Shown: positions 40,901-51,253 of the stretch, piece by piece
Layout: each line of letters begins with the position of its first letter
How positions within the stretch are numbered: position 1 is the first letter of the stretch
Source of the DNA: a virus
Taxonomy: Duplodnaviria; Heunggongvirae; Uroviricota; Caudoviricetes
Direction: 5' to 3' (one strand)
DNA length: 64,000 nt
Virus record (IMG/VR): IMGVR_UViG_3300024346_000020
Program-made: the position numbers and the translations under genes
The notes under the pieces: generated by a model
What the model was told of the DNA's origin: nothing
Databases searched by the model: none
What the model saw: only the letters and a program-made list of their open reading frames with translations

Positions 40901-42270
40901 CCTGCTATCTGAAAATCTTTTACTGCACTACCATCACTAGTAATTAGTTTATTAGTAGGATCTATTTCAGCATAGTTCTGATTAAAACTTGACGCAGTTA
41001 AACCGGTCAAATTTAAGTTAGTTATTATTTTATATTTAGTAACAATAACATTACCAAAATCTTCTACAGCTGATTTAGCATTTGTAGTAACTGATTTTTT
41101 AATAACACTTGCATTTTTATTAAATTTTGATGAACTAAATCCTAAGTCTTTAGACATTCTACTTTCTGTATTAGTAAATGTATTAGCAATTTTAATCAAT
41201 TGATTGGAAGTAGTTTCAGTAAATTGTTCTACTTTATAGTAGTTTCCGTCATACTCTACATAAAATGGTTTTTTATTCGACCAATCTTGAAGAAACGGAT
41301 TTTCATTACTTGGTGAGTAAATTATATTTGATACCGAATTTACATCACCACCAATCACAGCATTGTTCTGAATAATAATATCACTTCTTAAAGGTATTGA
41401 TAAATATGGTGAAACAGTTTTGACCAATTCTAAATCGTTTAAGTAAAATCCATAATATCTGTTTATAGACCATTTCCTCTTAATTTCTGGAGTTGATGGA
41501 GTATCATCAAATAAAAATGAAAAATTTATTATATTAGGAAAAACAACCTTATTATTTTTATAAGAGTCAAATATAAACTTTTCAAGTTCAAATATTTCTT
41601 TTTCCTCATCTAATATATCATCAATAAATAAAGATTTATATGTATATCCACCATTCTGATAATCTATACCATTCCATCTACAAAATTCTAAATTTCTAAA
41701 ATCTATATCTAATGGTGAGTCTGGAAAGTATTTATTATCTGTAAAATTCTTTGTTAACCACTCACCTAATATACTTTGTTTACTCAAATCAAATAGTTTA
41801 ACTGTCTTTAGTTTCTTAATTATTTCACTATTAAAATTATTCCTATCTAAAGTTCCGATACCAGAACCATCAACTCTGAAAATAATAAAGCTTTTAGGTA
41901 AACCATTTTTAGTAATGTATAAAGGAGCAAAATATTCATACTCTTCACTATAGTTTTTATTATTAACTATATTACGAGCACCATAACTATATAACTCATC
42001 ATATTGATTTTTAAAATCATTTGACATTGTATCAACATCATTCTCATATTTAATTAAGAATGCCGTATCTGCAGGCAAGGTTTTATAGAAGTATGGAATC
42101 AACTCATCATAGTAATTATCTTTAGTAAAACTAACTTTTTTAAATTTATCGAAAGATAAGTTAGGATCAGATTCAATACTATCTAAACTAAATTTATAGT
42201 TAGTATCAATCGTAACCTTAATATTTGTTGTCAATCCAACATTTGTTCTTAATAAACCAAAACTTTTCAA
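37993..42270 (-). CDS. giant virion structural protein (1425 aa; baseplate or tail-associated)
   Basis: Long beta-rich, N/S/T/Y-rich ORF tightly coupled to its neighbours. Confidence 0.55.
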   Translation of the reverse strand: MKSFGLLRTNVGLTTNIKVTIDTNYKFSLDSIESDPNLSFDKFKKVSFTKDNYYDELIPYFYKTLPADTAFLIKYENDVDTMSNDFKNQYDELYSYGARNIVNNKNYSEEYEYFAPLYITKNGLPKSFIIFRVDGSGIGTLDRNNFNSEIIKKLKTVKLFDLSKQSILGEWLTKNFTDNKYFPDSPLDIDFRNLEFCRWNGIDYQNGGYTYKSLFIDDILDEEKEIFELEKFIFDSYKNNKVVFPNIINFSFLFDDTPSTPEIKRKWSINRYYGFYLNDLELVKTVSPYLSIPLRSDIIIQNNAVIGGDVNSVSNIIYSPSNENPFLQDWSNKKPFYVEYDGNYYKVEQFTETTSNQLIKIANTFTNTESRMSKDLGFSSSKFNKNASVIKKSVTTNAKSAVEDFGNVIVTKYKIITNLNLTGLTASSFNQNYAEIDPTNKLITSDGSAVKDFQIAGFDSADVWIIEIDGLYHNLVNIDNYIMLNTDYSFIFNQNDFIYKVRGESKKVSTVVDFNNAPKKFSIYKLNFCDIKDFDTRIVDTGYSKYEYEESTNITNTDETKMYLEDIRSLTDPVNLDDFSYQNKIVNIPTSSEYTANYETFKIDGNDLSEIWRKNPVYCKWGFHKSLSVNDLPYSLNNSLIFDDFNRTTNVYEPYPTRSERNLDYFYTINSATSSYVYHSLHIENVDNNNNIDTKFKFELNKYLNFTYSYFDSVSSTTQSTSPYPYDYFTYLFSKSNKFFNGKIKENSNKYSYFNVGDESVPNHTLFRGIKFDIYEVSSITLNTNNKIDKINIKSSNSFDDYKFSVLLSDNNSSPIFDTVDSSKITGLIDSTNNLVWSVIDEWKMDKRYSGGGTSFANASKVLHDDILYAKYGNSITTNNPIFATYGVTIPSAPYTQGWSNYISNEYSVFWSPTYNSYTSLVGPTAADDGVILPLGYKPQEPNKPSIVYNSGEYYFCASQSNVIDFWNPRKSISTGYMTQDTVIYKNNYYTSLKDNNYFKPTMNTWTASSVVTSSKWKIIESWNPTKQYYWNDNVVYNESVYKLYTSNSENISLSTEQPPVGTEPVKSKDYWFRNDSKSFNTISGTNSIIKLNNKYNILVGGGKSTVSDLNNGIIIYINKKWKNILVNINISDGTTPNISNSNRDSLYNDINQKLTAGNFINAINDISNKYGFSNYLSYVVIDENNNIRRYSYSDIDGGNIKDLTYLLQCEEPDKLDIKVNSLFKRAVELPNTLNPIRKLDSGRIVDITQLNYYNNIPVAANIIENQFPPKVLENYHGGTNIIKNEIHRYSGYYSPVFYDVQLFERDSNGIPSGGNYKFDTLLNDFGLMKERKIRKVNRKGNILRLGNVNDEKSIYPMLDEFGYSIYDFFIFSSTWDLKYYLETTSVSKNKDYLQKYTFDENVINTFDIVTPIVIPSYIGKTQDN

Positions 42271-42279
42271 TTTAAACTA

Positions 42280-45200
42280 TTATTTTTTACTTGATGTTGA
42301 CCAATCATCTATATATGCAGGACTACCACCAGTTGAGTTGAACTTTCTAACAACAACTTTATTTCTACTTAGATTAAATTTCAAAGTAAATATAAATGGT
42401 CTATTCTCTGATTCATTTTCCAAGAAAAATTTAATTTTCTTAACGTGTTTTACAGTTCTTGTTGAATTATTAAGATCAATATATTGATAATTTAATCCTG
42501 TTTGGCTATTATCTAATGAATTAAGTTTGAAATAAATATTTAGTGGAACTATAATAGAGTTTTTATCACCAACATTTACAGTCTTAACTTTATCACTATT
42601 GTTTTCTTGTATGTTTTCTAAACTTTTAACCACCGGATGTATAGTTGTTAAAAACTTGGTCGTTGATGCAATCGAAACAGTCACATCACTCCATTTAGAT
42701 GGATCTAATAAAGATTTATTATTACCAATAAATTTTAATATACCTGACTCATTATAACCAACATTATAATCACTAGTTCCAAGTACATTTGTTATTGAGT
42801 TTGAATTCACATCAATATTATCAAATGTATTACCTATGTTCTCGGATAATTTTGCCACAGTATTCTGTGTAATAGAATCATAGTTCATTTGCCAAACAAA
42901 TTGATTATCTAAGTGAGTTCTGGTTTGACCAGTTTCAATAACATCATTTGTCAATAACTCATCTTGACTATTTACCCAAAAACTTTGAGGTGCTTGTGTA
43001 TTATATACTGCACTACTTTGTAAATATGTTCTATTAGATAGTAAACCTAATAATGACTCTTTTGCATTATTTTTAATTTTCATAACAAAATCTTTAATAA
43101 CATAAATATTGTTTTCATAAACTCTACCAGTTGGTGCACCCTGTCCATTGAATAAAGTTAAATAATCTTCACACTCAACATTAAATGTTGTTTCAGAACC
43201 ATTATTTACTATAAACTCTTGATTATTTCTAAGAATAATAATTTGAAGTTCACCTTTTGCTCTTGTAATTTTCTCTTCTAATGATGCAATTCTATCAGAT
43301 AACTTTTGTATATAGGAATATAAGTCAAGTGAAACACCGTTCTCATCTTGAAAACCAGATAAAATCTTTTTTGCTTCGTGATGGAATGTAACGTTATTTA
43401 CAGTTACTGTGTCTGCCAAGTGATTATCTAATCCTTTTGCAGATAGTTCTGAATTCATACTTATTTTTAAGTCTTCCTTAGTTGCTGCAGTTAAGATAAA
43501 ATCATTTTCATTAGCAATTGTGTTTAAATCATCTGGAAAATCAATTGTAATAATTTCAGAATAATCAGATTCAACTGCAGATTCCGGCCATCCAACCTCG
43601 GAAATAGATTTAATTCTAATTTCAACTCTTTCATTAGATTGAATTGGAATATCTATTTGATTAATATTTGGTGTATCTGCATTAGTAACATCTTCAATTG
43701 CCCAAGTATATTCACCTGTTGATGTATTATACTCTCTTTTTCTTGCATCAGTTTTAAATTCTGTCCAGTTAGAAAAAGACGCTTTACTTTGAGAGTCTGT
43801 AATTGTAAATGTATCTACTGGTGCTTCTCTACCATCTTTACTAGTATATTTATATTGAACTCTAAATTGTACAATCTCTTGTGGTTTAGTACCAGTAGTA
43901 ACTACAGAACTTGGAATTGGCCAAAAACCTCTTACACTAAATTTAGGAGTAACTTTATTTTTTGGATCTTTAGATAAGTCAATAACTTCTTGAGTAACAG
44001 ATGCAAGTAATTTACTTTTACTATCTTTCTTATTTGTTAGTTCTTCAACTTCTAAGTCTGCTTGTTTTTTTGCAGAGTCTGATTTAAACTTAGTAAATTT
44101 TGCAGTTTTATTTCTTGATAAAATAGCTTCTTGTAATTGTTGTATTTCTGACTTTAAAGATAATTGATAATTATGTTTTTGTTTAACTAAGTTAGAATCA
44201 GGAGTATCAGTAAGATGTTTATTGATCTGAACTACTTTAAAGTTTTCCAATGCTAATATTGGTGAACCAGGTGTTCCTGCTAAAGAGTTTGGTGTTTTCT
44301 TTGCAACCAAATCTTGTAAAACAACACCATAATCATAAACATAGTCAATATAGAATTGTTCCATTGATAATCCATTTGCACTAGAGTCAGAAGTAAGTCT
44401 CAAGTCATTTGTATAATAACCAGTACCTAAACTCCATTTTTTTGCGACTAAATTATTATCAGCATTTACTGGCTTAACAAAAAGAACATTTCTTTCATTA
44501 TAACCAACACTTACTCTAACTTTCTTAGTATAGATAACAGATGAATAAACTTTTAAAGTTCCAATTCCAACAGGAATTGGTTCAATACCTTCAAGTCTTT
44601 CTACTCTAATTCTAGGATTAGATTCTGCCGTTGAAACTTCTAATATCTTATATCTTGTTGATGTTTTTTCTGAATTTATAATAACTTCATCTCCAATAGA
44701 TAATCTTCTAGTTGAATTTGTATCAACTACTAAATAATCTAAAGTATCTAAAACATAAAAAAGCTTTCTATTTAACCTATCTTCTTGTATTCTTAAAACA
44801 CTAAATTGACCATCATATAATAAATTATTAGGTTCTAAATCAAACATTTGCTCATCATATTTAGGATTTGTTGGATTTAATAATCCAGTAGTTGTAGTAT
44901 ACCAGTTTTCAAATTCTGATATAATAATATTAGCATTTCCTCTAAATAACTGATTATAACTATTTAAAGCAGATTGACCTAGTGTAGTAAAAGAACCATC
45001 TGCATTTTTTGCAAAATCAACAATATATCTTCTAATCAAACACTTTCTAACATTATCTTCAATTTTACCGGATAAATCAAGTTCTACTGAGACCATAGGG
45101 TCCATAAGAGAATCGAAAAACCAATTAGGTGCGGATTTAAAAGTACTTAAAGTACCTAAACTACCAATAGGAGTGGGGTCTCTGTTTAAATCAACTGTAA

Positions 45201-45486
45201 TAATCTTTTTGTATTTATTTTGTGTTGAAGTTTGAATTAAAGCTCCTGCTGCATCAATACTATAAAGTGAATTAATATTATTATTTAATCTATCAATATC
45301 TGCTTTTAATGATGTAAAAGAAGGTAATGTGAAATTTCTCAATACACCATTCTCATCATATACTTGAAGAGTAACAGAAGAGTCTGTTGTTGTAGTTAGA
45401 GAATTGATTTTAGATAAAATCTCAACAATATTTTTATTATACGTTATTATTTGATCCGCTACTTTTGGAAATGAACTTTGAACCAT
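42280..45486 (-). CDS. large virion structural protein (1068 aa)
   Basis: Long ORF, 9 nt upstream of the next gene on the same strand. Confidence 0.55.
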   Translation of the reverse strand: MVQSSFPKVADQIITYNKNIVEILSKINSLTTTTDSSVTLQVYDENGVLRNFTLPSFTSLKADIDRLNNNINSLYSIDAAGALIQTSTQNKYKKIITVDLNRDPTPIGSLGTLSTFKSAPNWFFDSLMDPMVSVELDLSGKIEDNVRKCLIRRYIVDFAKNADGSFTTLGQSALNSYNQLFRGNANIIISEFENWYTTTTGLLNPTNPKYDEQMFDLEPNNLLYDGQFSVLRIQEDRLNRKLFYVLDTLDYLVVDTNSTRRLSIGDEVIINSEKTSTRYKILEVSTAESNPRIRVERLEGIEPIPVGIGTLKVYSSVIYTKKVRVSVGYNERNVLFVKPVNADNNLVAKKWSLGTGYYTNDLRLTSDSSANGLSMEQFYIDYVYDYGVVLQDLVAKKTPNSLAGTPGSPILALENFKVVQINKHLTDTPDSNLVKQKHNYQLSLKSEIQQLQEAILSRNKTAKFTKFKSDSAKKQADLEVEELTNKKDSKSKLLASVTQEVIDLSKDPKNKVTPKFSVRGFWPIPSSVVTTGTKPQEIVQFRVQYKYTSKDGREAPVDTFTITDSQSKASFSNWTEFKTDARKREYNTSTGEYTWAIEDVTNADTPNINQIDIPIQSNERVEIRIKSISEVGWPESAVESDYSEIITIDFPDDLNTIANENDFILTAATKEDLKISMNSELSAKGLDNHLADTVTVNNVTFHHEAKKILSGFQDENGVSLDLYSYIQKLSDRIASLEEKITRAKGELQIIILRNNQEFIVNNGSETTFNVECEDYLTLFNGQGAPTGRVYENNIYVIKDFVMKIKNNAKESLLGLLSNRTYLQSSAVYNTQAPQSFWVNSQDELLTNDVIETGQTRTHLDNQFVWQMNYDSITQNTVAKLSENIGNTFDNIDVNSNSITNVLGTSDYNVGYNESGILKFIGNNKSLLDPSKWSDVTVSIASTTKFLTTIHPVVKSLENIQENNSDKVKTVNVGDKNSIIVPLNIYFKLNSLDNSQTGLNYQYIDLNNSTRTVKHVKKIKFFLENESENRPFIFTLKFNLSRNKVVVRKFNSTGGSPAYIDDWSTSSKK

Positions 45487-45590
45487 TTTATGATCTTTGA
45501 TTTTTTAGTATATATTAAATTGTCAGTTTTCTTTAATGGTTTATTTGTTATTAAAAATAAAATTCGTATATTTGTAGAAATATAATAATT

Positions 45591-47426
45591 ATGATAGATA
45601 GAATAGTAGCAAAATTAGAAGAGGCTAATGAAGCTTATAGAACTGGTAATGCAATCATCTCAGATAAAGATTATGATGAGATGGTCGATTTACTATTTTC
45701 ATATGATCCAGAGAATGAATTTTTCTCAAAAGTAGGTATTGAAGTTCTTGATGAAACAAGAAAATCAAAACTACCTATTGATATGGCTTCTATGAATAAA
45801 ATTAAAACCATCGAAGATGTACGCACATGGTTAAGATTAAAAGGTATCAATCCGAATACCGAAATCGTATGTACCCCAAAATATGACGGACTTTCTTTAT
45901 GCCATGATGAAATCAATACAAACACCTGGACTAGAGGTGATGGTGAATTCGGCCAGAAGTCAGATGCACACTACAAACTAATACAAAATCACTTATCTTT
46001 AAAAAGTGATGTATTTACATATACTTATGGTGAGGTTATAATGCCTAAACAAGTTTTTTTAGACAAATACTCCGCAGAGTTTGCTAATCCAAGAAACTTA
46101 GTTGCGGGCTTACTTAACTCAAAAGAAGTAACACAACCATTAAAAGACTTACAATTTATTAAATACGGTGCAATACCAAATGAAGGATTTAACTTTAAAA
46201 CCAAGTCAGACATATTAGATATGTTAAACTCTGGTCAAGAAGTTAAAGTAAACTACCATTTATTTGAAGCAGAAGATATTACCGAAGACTTATTAGTAGA
46301 ATTATTTAAAAGATGGTCTACTGATTATGAAATCGATGGTATAATTCTTGAAGTAAATGACCTTAATCTACAAGAAAGTTTAGGTCGTGAGACTTCTTCT
46401 AATAATCCTTGTTACGCAAGAGCATTTAAACACGACTCATTTGAACAAAAAGCAGAATCGACAGTAGTAGGTATTTCTTGGAATATCTCTAAACACGGTC
46501 TCTTAAAACCTGTTTTACACATTACTCCTATTAAATTAGACGGTGTCACTGTTTCTAACGTAACTGGTAACAATGCTAAATTCGTAAAAGATATGGGTTT
46601 AGGAATTGGTGCGAAAGTTGTAGTTAAAAGAAGTGGTATGGTTATTCCATTGATTGTAGAAGTGTTAGAAACAGTTGAATTTGTTATGCCAGTTGTTGAA
46701 GGTACTGATATTGATTGGAATGAAAATGGTATTGAGTTAGTTACTTTAACGGAAACTGATGATCAAAAGATAAGACAAAATATTGCGTTCTTTGAAATAT
46801 TAGAAGCAGACAATGTGTCAGAAGGTATTATCACTCAATTATGGGATGCTGGTTACAAAACTATCGAAGATATTTTAAATGTTACTACTACTCAATTAGA
46901 GAAGATTGATAGATTTGGTAAAAGAAAAGCTCAGATAGTTTATAACTCAATTCAAAAATCTGTTACGGATGTTCAATTATCTAAACTTCAACACGCCACA
47001 GGTTTGTTTAGAGGTCTAGGTAGTAAGAAATTATTATTACTTGAACACTTCACAACTAAACCTACAGTCAATCAAGTTATGGAGATTGAAGGATTTGCCG
47101 AAATTTCTGCAAAAGTTTTTGTGGATAACTATGATAACTTCTTTACCTTTGTAGGAAATCTTCCTATAACGATTGCTAAAAAAGTAGAAGCAGTTAAAGT
47201 TGGTACAGATTTAGAAGATAAATCATTTGTGTTCACAGGTTTACGTAGAAAAGATTTAGAAGAAGTAATTGAGTCACGTGGTGGTAAGATTTCTGGTTCT
47301 GTATCTAAAACAACAACATATTTGGTAATGAAAGCAAAAGGTTCTGGTTCAAGTAAAGAAACAAAAGCAGTTTCACTTGGAGTAGTAATATTGACAGTAG
47401 AAGAATTAGAAAACTTATTATCATAA
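45591..47426 (+). CDS. ligA: NAD-dependent DNA ligase (LigA)
   Basis: Adenylation motif KYDGLSL (KxDG), the Ia region, an OB-fold, HhH repeats and a C-terminal BRCT (SFVFTGLRRKDLEEVIESRGGKISGSVSKTTTYLV). 611 aa. Confidence 0.85.
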   Translation: MIDRIVAKLEEANEAYRTGNAIISDKDYDEMVDLLFSYDPENEFFSKVGIEVLDETRKSKLPIDMASMNKIKTIEDVRTWLRLKGINPNTEIVCTPKYDGLSLCHDEINTNTWTRGDGEFGQKSDAHYKLIQNHLSLKSDVFTYTYGEVIMPKQVFLDKYSAEFANPRNLVAGLLNSKEVTQPLKDLQFIKYGAIPNEGFNFKTKSDILDMLNSGQEVKVNYHLFEAEDITEDLLVELFKRWSTDYEIDGIILEVNDLNLQESLGRETSSNNPCYARAFKHDSFEQKAESTVVGISWNISKHGLLKPVLHITPIKLDGVTVSNVTGNNAKFVKDMGLGIGAKVVVKRSGMVIPLIVEVLETVEFVMPVVEGTDIDWNENGIELVTLTETDDQKIRQNIAFFEILEADNVSEGIITQLWDAGYKTIEDILNVTTTQLEKIDRFGKRKAQIVYNSIQKSVTDVQLSKLQHATGLFRGLGSKKLLLLEHFTTKPTVNQVMEIEGFAEISAKVFVDNYDNFFTFVGNLPITIAKKVEAVKVGTDLEDKSFVFTGLRRKDLEEVIESRGGKISGSVSKTTTYLVMKAKGSGSSKETKAVSLGVVILTVEELENLLS

Positions 47427-47706
47427 TGAAAGGAGATATAACAGAAGCTATTATTAGAGAAACTTCAAAAGGACGTATTAGATTTACAAGACTTTTCAAT
47501 TAGAGCCAAGAACTTTGGTTCTAACATTGAGGCAGCAGCTTTCAAAAATATTGAAGAAGGCATAGTAAAAAATCTTCACAAAGCTAATAAAGAACAACTA
47601 CATGTAATGTTAAATGGTTGGAAGTTTCGATACTATACCGAATTCAATAAAGACAAAAGCTTGATTGTTAGAGAATTAAGAGAAAATAGATTAAAAGATA
47701 TATTAA

Positions 47707-48300
47707 ATGGCAAAGAAAAGAAATAAAATATTTGTATTAGGTGATTCTGTATATAGATCAGAGACAACCTTTTTAAATAATATAAAACGAATGATTTCAA
47801 GACAAGATTTTGAAAACAGTTATGCTGCAAGAATGACTTATCAAATTTTTGAAGTTAGTGAGTCTGGTACACTTGTTGATTATAAAACAAGAGTAGATCA
47901 AGTTAAAGTTAGTAATGAGAGAGATTTACAGTTAAAATCTTTATTAGATCAATTAGATCCAATGGATAATGCAGTATTGACAATTATCAATATGTATCCT
48001 ACATTAGAGAAAGATGATAAAAAAAGAAGAAATGTTTTACATGGATTGAACAACATAAAGTTCGAGATTGATAATTTCAAAAAATATATTATTGATAATA
48101 AATCTTACTTTTTAAATATATCTACTGATTTAGAGTGGATGAAAGCAATTTTAACTATTCACAATTTTAGAGATTGTAGTTCTAATAGATACTATGATTA
48201 CTCTCAAAGAAAATATGTTACTACACAACCTAGTGATGAATTACTTTCAGTATTTAAACAAGCAAAGCTAGAATTAAGAAAAAAACGTAAAAAAAAATAA
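47707..48300 (+). CDS. hypothetical protein (basic LRKKRKKK C-terminus)
   Basis: ORF only. Confidence 0.4.
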   Translation: MAKKRNKIFVLGDSVYRSETTFLNNIKRMISRQDFENSYAARMTYQIFEVSESGTLVDYKTRVDQVKVSNERDLQLKSLLDQLDPMDNAVLTIINMYPTLEKDDKKRRNVLHGLNNIKFEIDNFKKYIIDNKSYFLNISTDLEWMKAILTIHNFRDCSSNRYYDYSQRKYVTTQPSDELLSVFKQAKLELRKKRKKK

Positions 48301-48301
48301 T

Positions 48302-48679
48302 ATGATTTGGTTAGGGATATTGATAGGACTCATACTAGGTGTGAGTTCTACTTGTCTTTACTTCTTATCGAATTCAAAAGATAAGAAGGTTAAAGATAAA
48401 TTTTTAAGAAGAGGTATTTGGACAAATACTTATACTACTGTTGCTGGTAGACCATTTCACGTTCAATTTGAATTAGGAGAGTTAGAAAAAACTTCTACAA
48501 GATCCAAAGTAGAGATTATTTCTATGACTGCGGATCAATCAGAATTTAATACAGATTTAACTAAAAAACGTATCAGTGAAATGGTCAATAATACTTGGAT
48601 CAATTCAGAAGGGATTGAATGGATTGAAGACGACTTAGCAAAGAAAAGAAACGATAGAATTGAAGAAATACTTAAATAA
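48302..48679 (+). CDS. small membrane protein (N-terminal TM helix)
   Basis: MIWLGILIGLILGVSSTCLYFL hydrophobic segment. Confidence 0.4.
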   Translation: MIWLGILIGLILGVSSTCLYFLSNSKDKKVKDKFLRRGIWTNTYTTVAGRPFHVQFELGELEKTSTRSKVEIISMTADQSEFNTDLTKKRISEMVNNTWINSEGIEWIEDDLAKKRNDRIEEILK

Positions 48680-48681
48680 AT

Positions 48682-49173
48682 ATGACATTAAAAGAAATTA
48701 GAGAGTTTATGTTTAGTCATTTAGGTACACCTGTGTATGATGGTAGTGATTATTATGACGACGATGGTCATTGTGGAGACACATTATATGACGAAATCGT
48801 AGAGTTTTGGAAAGATTTCAATAAAGATGAAGATTTTTACTATCTTGTATTTGGAACTTTTGAAGGTGATTTAGACTTACATGGTGGTAGATCTTATTTA
48901 CTACCAGAAGAAGAACTCGCTCCTATGTGCTTTGAATATCTTGTAAGTAAAGGATTCACTGCAGATAGATTTAGTAAACTAATTTACAATGGTAATGAAT
49001 TAAATGAGCTTATTGAAGAATTATTTGAAAGTAAATCGTATATTAGAGATATTAAAATAAATGAAGTTCTTAAAGAAGAAACTACTCCTATAAACATTTG
49101 GTCGAGTTATAACTTTGAAACTCCAGAAAAACATACGTTCATAGATTGGATAAGAAAATTAAATAAAGTGTAA
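48682..49173 (+). CDS. hypothetical acidic protein
   Basis: ORF only. Confidence 0.4.
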   Translation: MTLKEIREFMFSHLGTPVYDGSDYYDDDGHCGDTLYDEIVEFWKDFNKDEDFYYLVFGTFEGDLDLHGGRSYLLPEEELAPMCFEYLVSKGFTADRFSKLIYNGNELNELIEELFESKSYIRDIKINEVLKEETTPINIWSSYNFETPEKHTFIDWIRKLNKV

Positions 49174-49244
49174 GGAAATAACAACTTTTTAATATATATA
49201 TAATATAATATTATTACGGCAATTAGAATAAATAACAAGCATAC

Positions 49245-49280
49245 AATCAATCAAATCAATCAAAAGCAATTGACGGCATG
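49245..49280 (+). promoter_or_regulatory. CAATCAA direct repeats and a GCAATTGACGGC element upstream of the sigma-factor gene
   Basis: acaatcaatcaaatcaatcaaaagcaattgacggcatg, about 30 nt upstream of the ATG at 49307; candidate operator or promoter. Confidence 0.25.
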
Positions 49281-49306
49281 TCAAAAAGAAAAATGAAAAG
49301 CAATCT

Positions 49307-49909
49307 ATGGAATTAAGTAAAGTCCCATTCTCTGAACAAGAGAAAATTTTTAAAGAAAGAACTGGTAAAGACTTCGCAACACTTTATCAAAAGTACTACC
49401 CAAAACTAATCTACTTTACATCAAGAATTTGTAATGATGTACAAAAAGCAGAAGACATTTCAACAGACTCATTTATGATAGCTCTGGAAAAAATAGAAAT
49501 GTATCAAAAAGAAAAATCACAATTCTCAACGTGGTTATTCACAATTGCAAAAAACTTATCTTTACAAGATAAAAAACTGGTAAACAGAAACATATCACTA
49601 GACATTGAGTTTGATGATGAAGGTACTACCTTAAAAGATTTCTTACAAGAAACTGAAAGTAATGAAGCCATCTATGATGTTTTCACACAGAAAGCAGATG
49701 TAATGAAGAAACATATCGACGAATTAAAAGAGCCGTATAAAACAGTTATTATAATGAGAGAGATAGAAAGAATGCAATATAAAGATATAGCAGATACCTT
49801 AGGAAAGAATTTATCTACAATAAAATCTCAAATTAGAAATGGTCGTCAAATTTTAATGGAACAGTCTAAAAAAGAGTTTGAACAGATAGATGAAATGTAC
49901 TTAGACTAA
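49307..49909 (+). CDS. sigma-70-family (ECF-like) RNA polymerase sigma factor
   Basis: Region 2-like ...DISTDSFMIALEKIEMY...FSTWLFTIAKN. Region 4 HTH TVIIMREIERMQYKDIADTLGKNLSTIKSQIRNGRQIL. Confidence 0.75.
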   Translation: MELSKVPFSEQEKIFKERTGKDFATLYQKYYPKLIYFTSRICNDVQKAEDISTDSFMIALEKIEMYQKEKSQFSTWLFTIAKNLSLQDKKLVNRNISLDIEFDDEGTTLKDFLQETESNEAIYDVFTQKADVMKKHIDELKEPYKTVIIMREIERMQYKDIADTLGKNLSTIKSQIRNGRQILMEQSKKEFEQIDEMYLD

Positions 49910-49954
49910 AGTAAAATGAATTTTTTTTAAATTAAATACTAAAATAGAAAAGTA

Positions 49955-51208
49955 ATGAACGTAGAACAGTTGGCAAAGAATGCGATTGAGAAAATAAAAT
50001 CAAATTGGGGTTTACCTAAAAGAGGGTTTATCGCAGGTGGTTCTATTGCAAATATTATATGGGAAGAAGTTTCTGGAACAAAAGCAATCATCAATGACAT
50101 CGATGTTTTTTTGTTTGATGGTCTTTTAGAAAATTATAACGAAGATAAAAAAGAATACTATTTTTCATTTAAAGAAGATGAACAAAATGTTTGGTATGAT
50201 GATTACGCGGGTCTAAGATTTATTGATAGAGCTAAAAACTATTACTCTATTTGTGAATCAACTACTGATGGTATATTCAACTACGTTAGTTACAAGTCAA
50301 ATACTCATAATCCAGAGATTATTATCAAATCATTTGATATAAACTGTACTGCGGTTGGTTATTCGATCGAAGAAGATAAGTTTTATTGGACACCAGAGTT
50401 TGAGAAGTTCTTAAAAACTGGTGAGTTGAAAATATCTAATTTGAAAACACCTTGTCATACTGCAATTCGGATTGTAAAGAAATCAGAAGAACTTGATGTT
50501 AAGTTAGATTTATTTGAATTAGAGATTGTTCAAGGTGTCTTATCACGTCAACTACAAGATGTTTATAAAGTTAGATTTCAAGATAGGTATTTCAACCTAT
50601 TTAATAATCATAAAATACTTGAAAACTATTTTACAATAGAAAAAGATTTAGATTGTATGACACACGTCAAAACAACATATGACAAAGATGTAAATCTATG
50701 GACTTTAAAAACTAAGAAAGAATCTGTTTGGTCAGGTGATAATAATCTTCTTGCAATTCACAAAGGTGAAGATTTCTTATTTTATTTAAGAAACATTTAT
50801 ACTAAACCAGAATTGATAGATGTATGGAATAAGTTAAGACCATTATTTATAAATGAAGATTATGTAGATGGTGGTGTTGATGTAGAAGATATGAAATTAT
50901 TATCAAGTACAATTCAATTTCTACCAAAAACAATTCTTAATCTAAGAGGTTATAAACTAACTGAACAAGTTTCAATAGTTAAATCATTATTAGAAAGATA
51001 TAAAGAAGATCCCGCAATTGCTTTTTCGGTATTGGAAAAACATACGATTGAACCAAATCAAGAGATTGATGATTCAACTGCACTTCTTTATGAACTTTCA
51101 GTAAGAAAAGAAATTGTTGATGAAAGACATAATTCTATGGTCGAAAGTATATTATCTAAGGTAGAATATAATGATAGTGATGCATGTTATGCAACTTGTG
51201 TGGATTAA
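49955..51208 (+). CDS. hypothetical protein with an N-terminal nucleotidyltransferase-like motif
   Basis: GFIAGGSIANIIWEEVSGTKAIINDIDVFLF (GGS ... DIDV), compatible with a Pol-beta NTase or CCA-adding-enzyme-type head; weak. Confidence 0.3.
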   Translation: MNVEQLAKNAIEKIKSNWGLPKRGFIAGGSIANIIWEEVSGTKAIINDIDVFLFDGLLENYNEDKKEYYFSFKEDEQNVWYDDYAGLRFIDRAKNYYSICESTTDGIFNYVSYKSNTHNPEIIIKSFDINCTAVGYSIEEDKFYWTPEFEKFLKTGELKISNLKTPCHTAIRIVKKSEELDVKLDLFELEIVQGVLSRQLQDVYKVRFQDRYFNLFNNHKILENYFTIEKDLDCMTHVKTTYDKDVNLWTLKTKKESVWSGDNNLLAIHKGEDFLFYLRNIYTKPELIDVWNKLRPLFINEDYVDGGVDVEDMKLLSSTIQFLPKTILNLRGYKLTEQVSIVKSLLERYKEDPAIAFSVLEKHTIEPNQEIDDSTALLYELSVRKEIVDERHNSMVESILSKVEYNDSDACYATCVD

Positions 51209-51253
51209 ACTTTTCAATAAAATATAATATAAATAAAAACTAAATATAAAACT

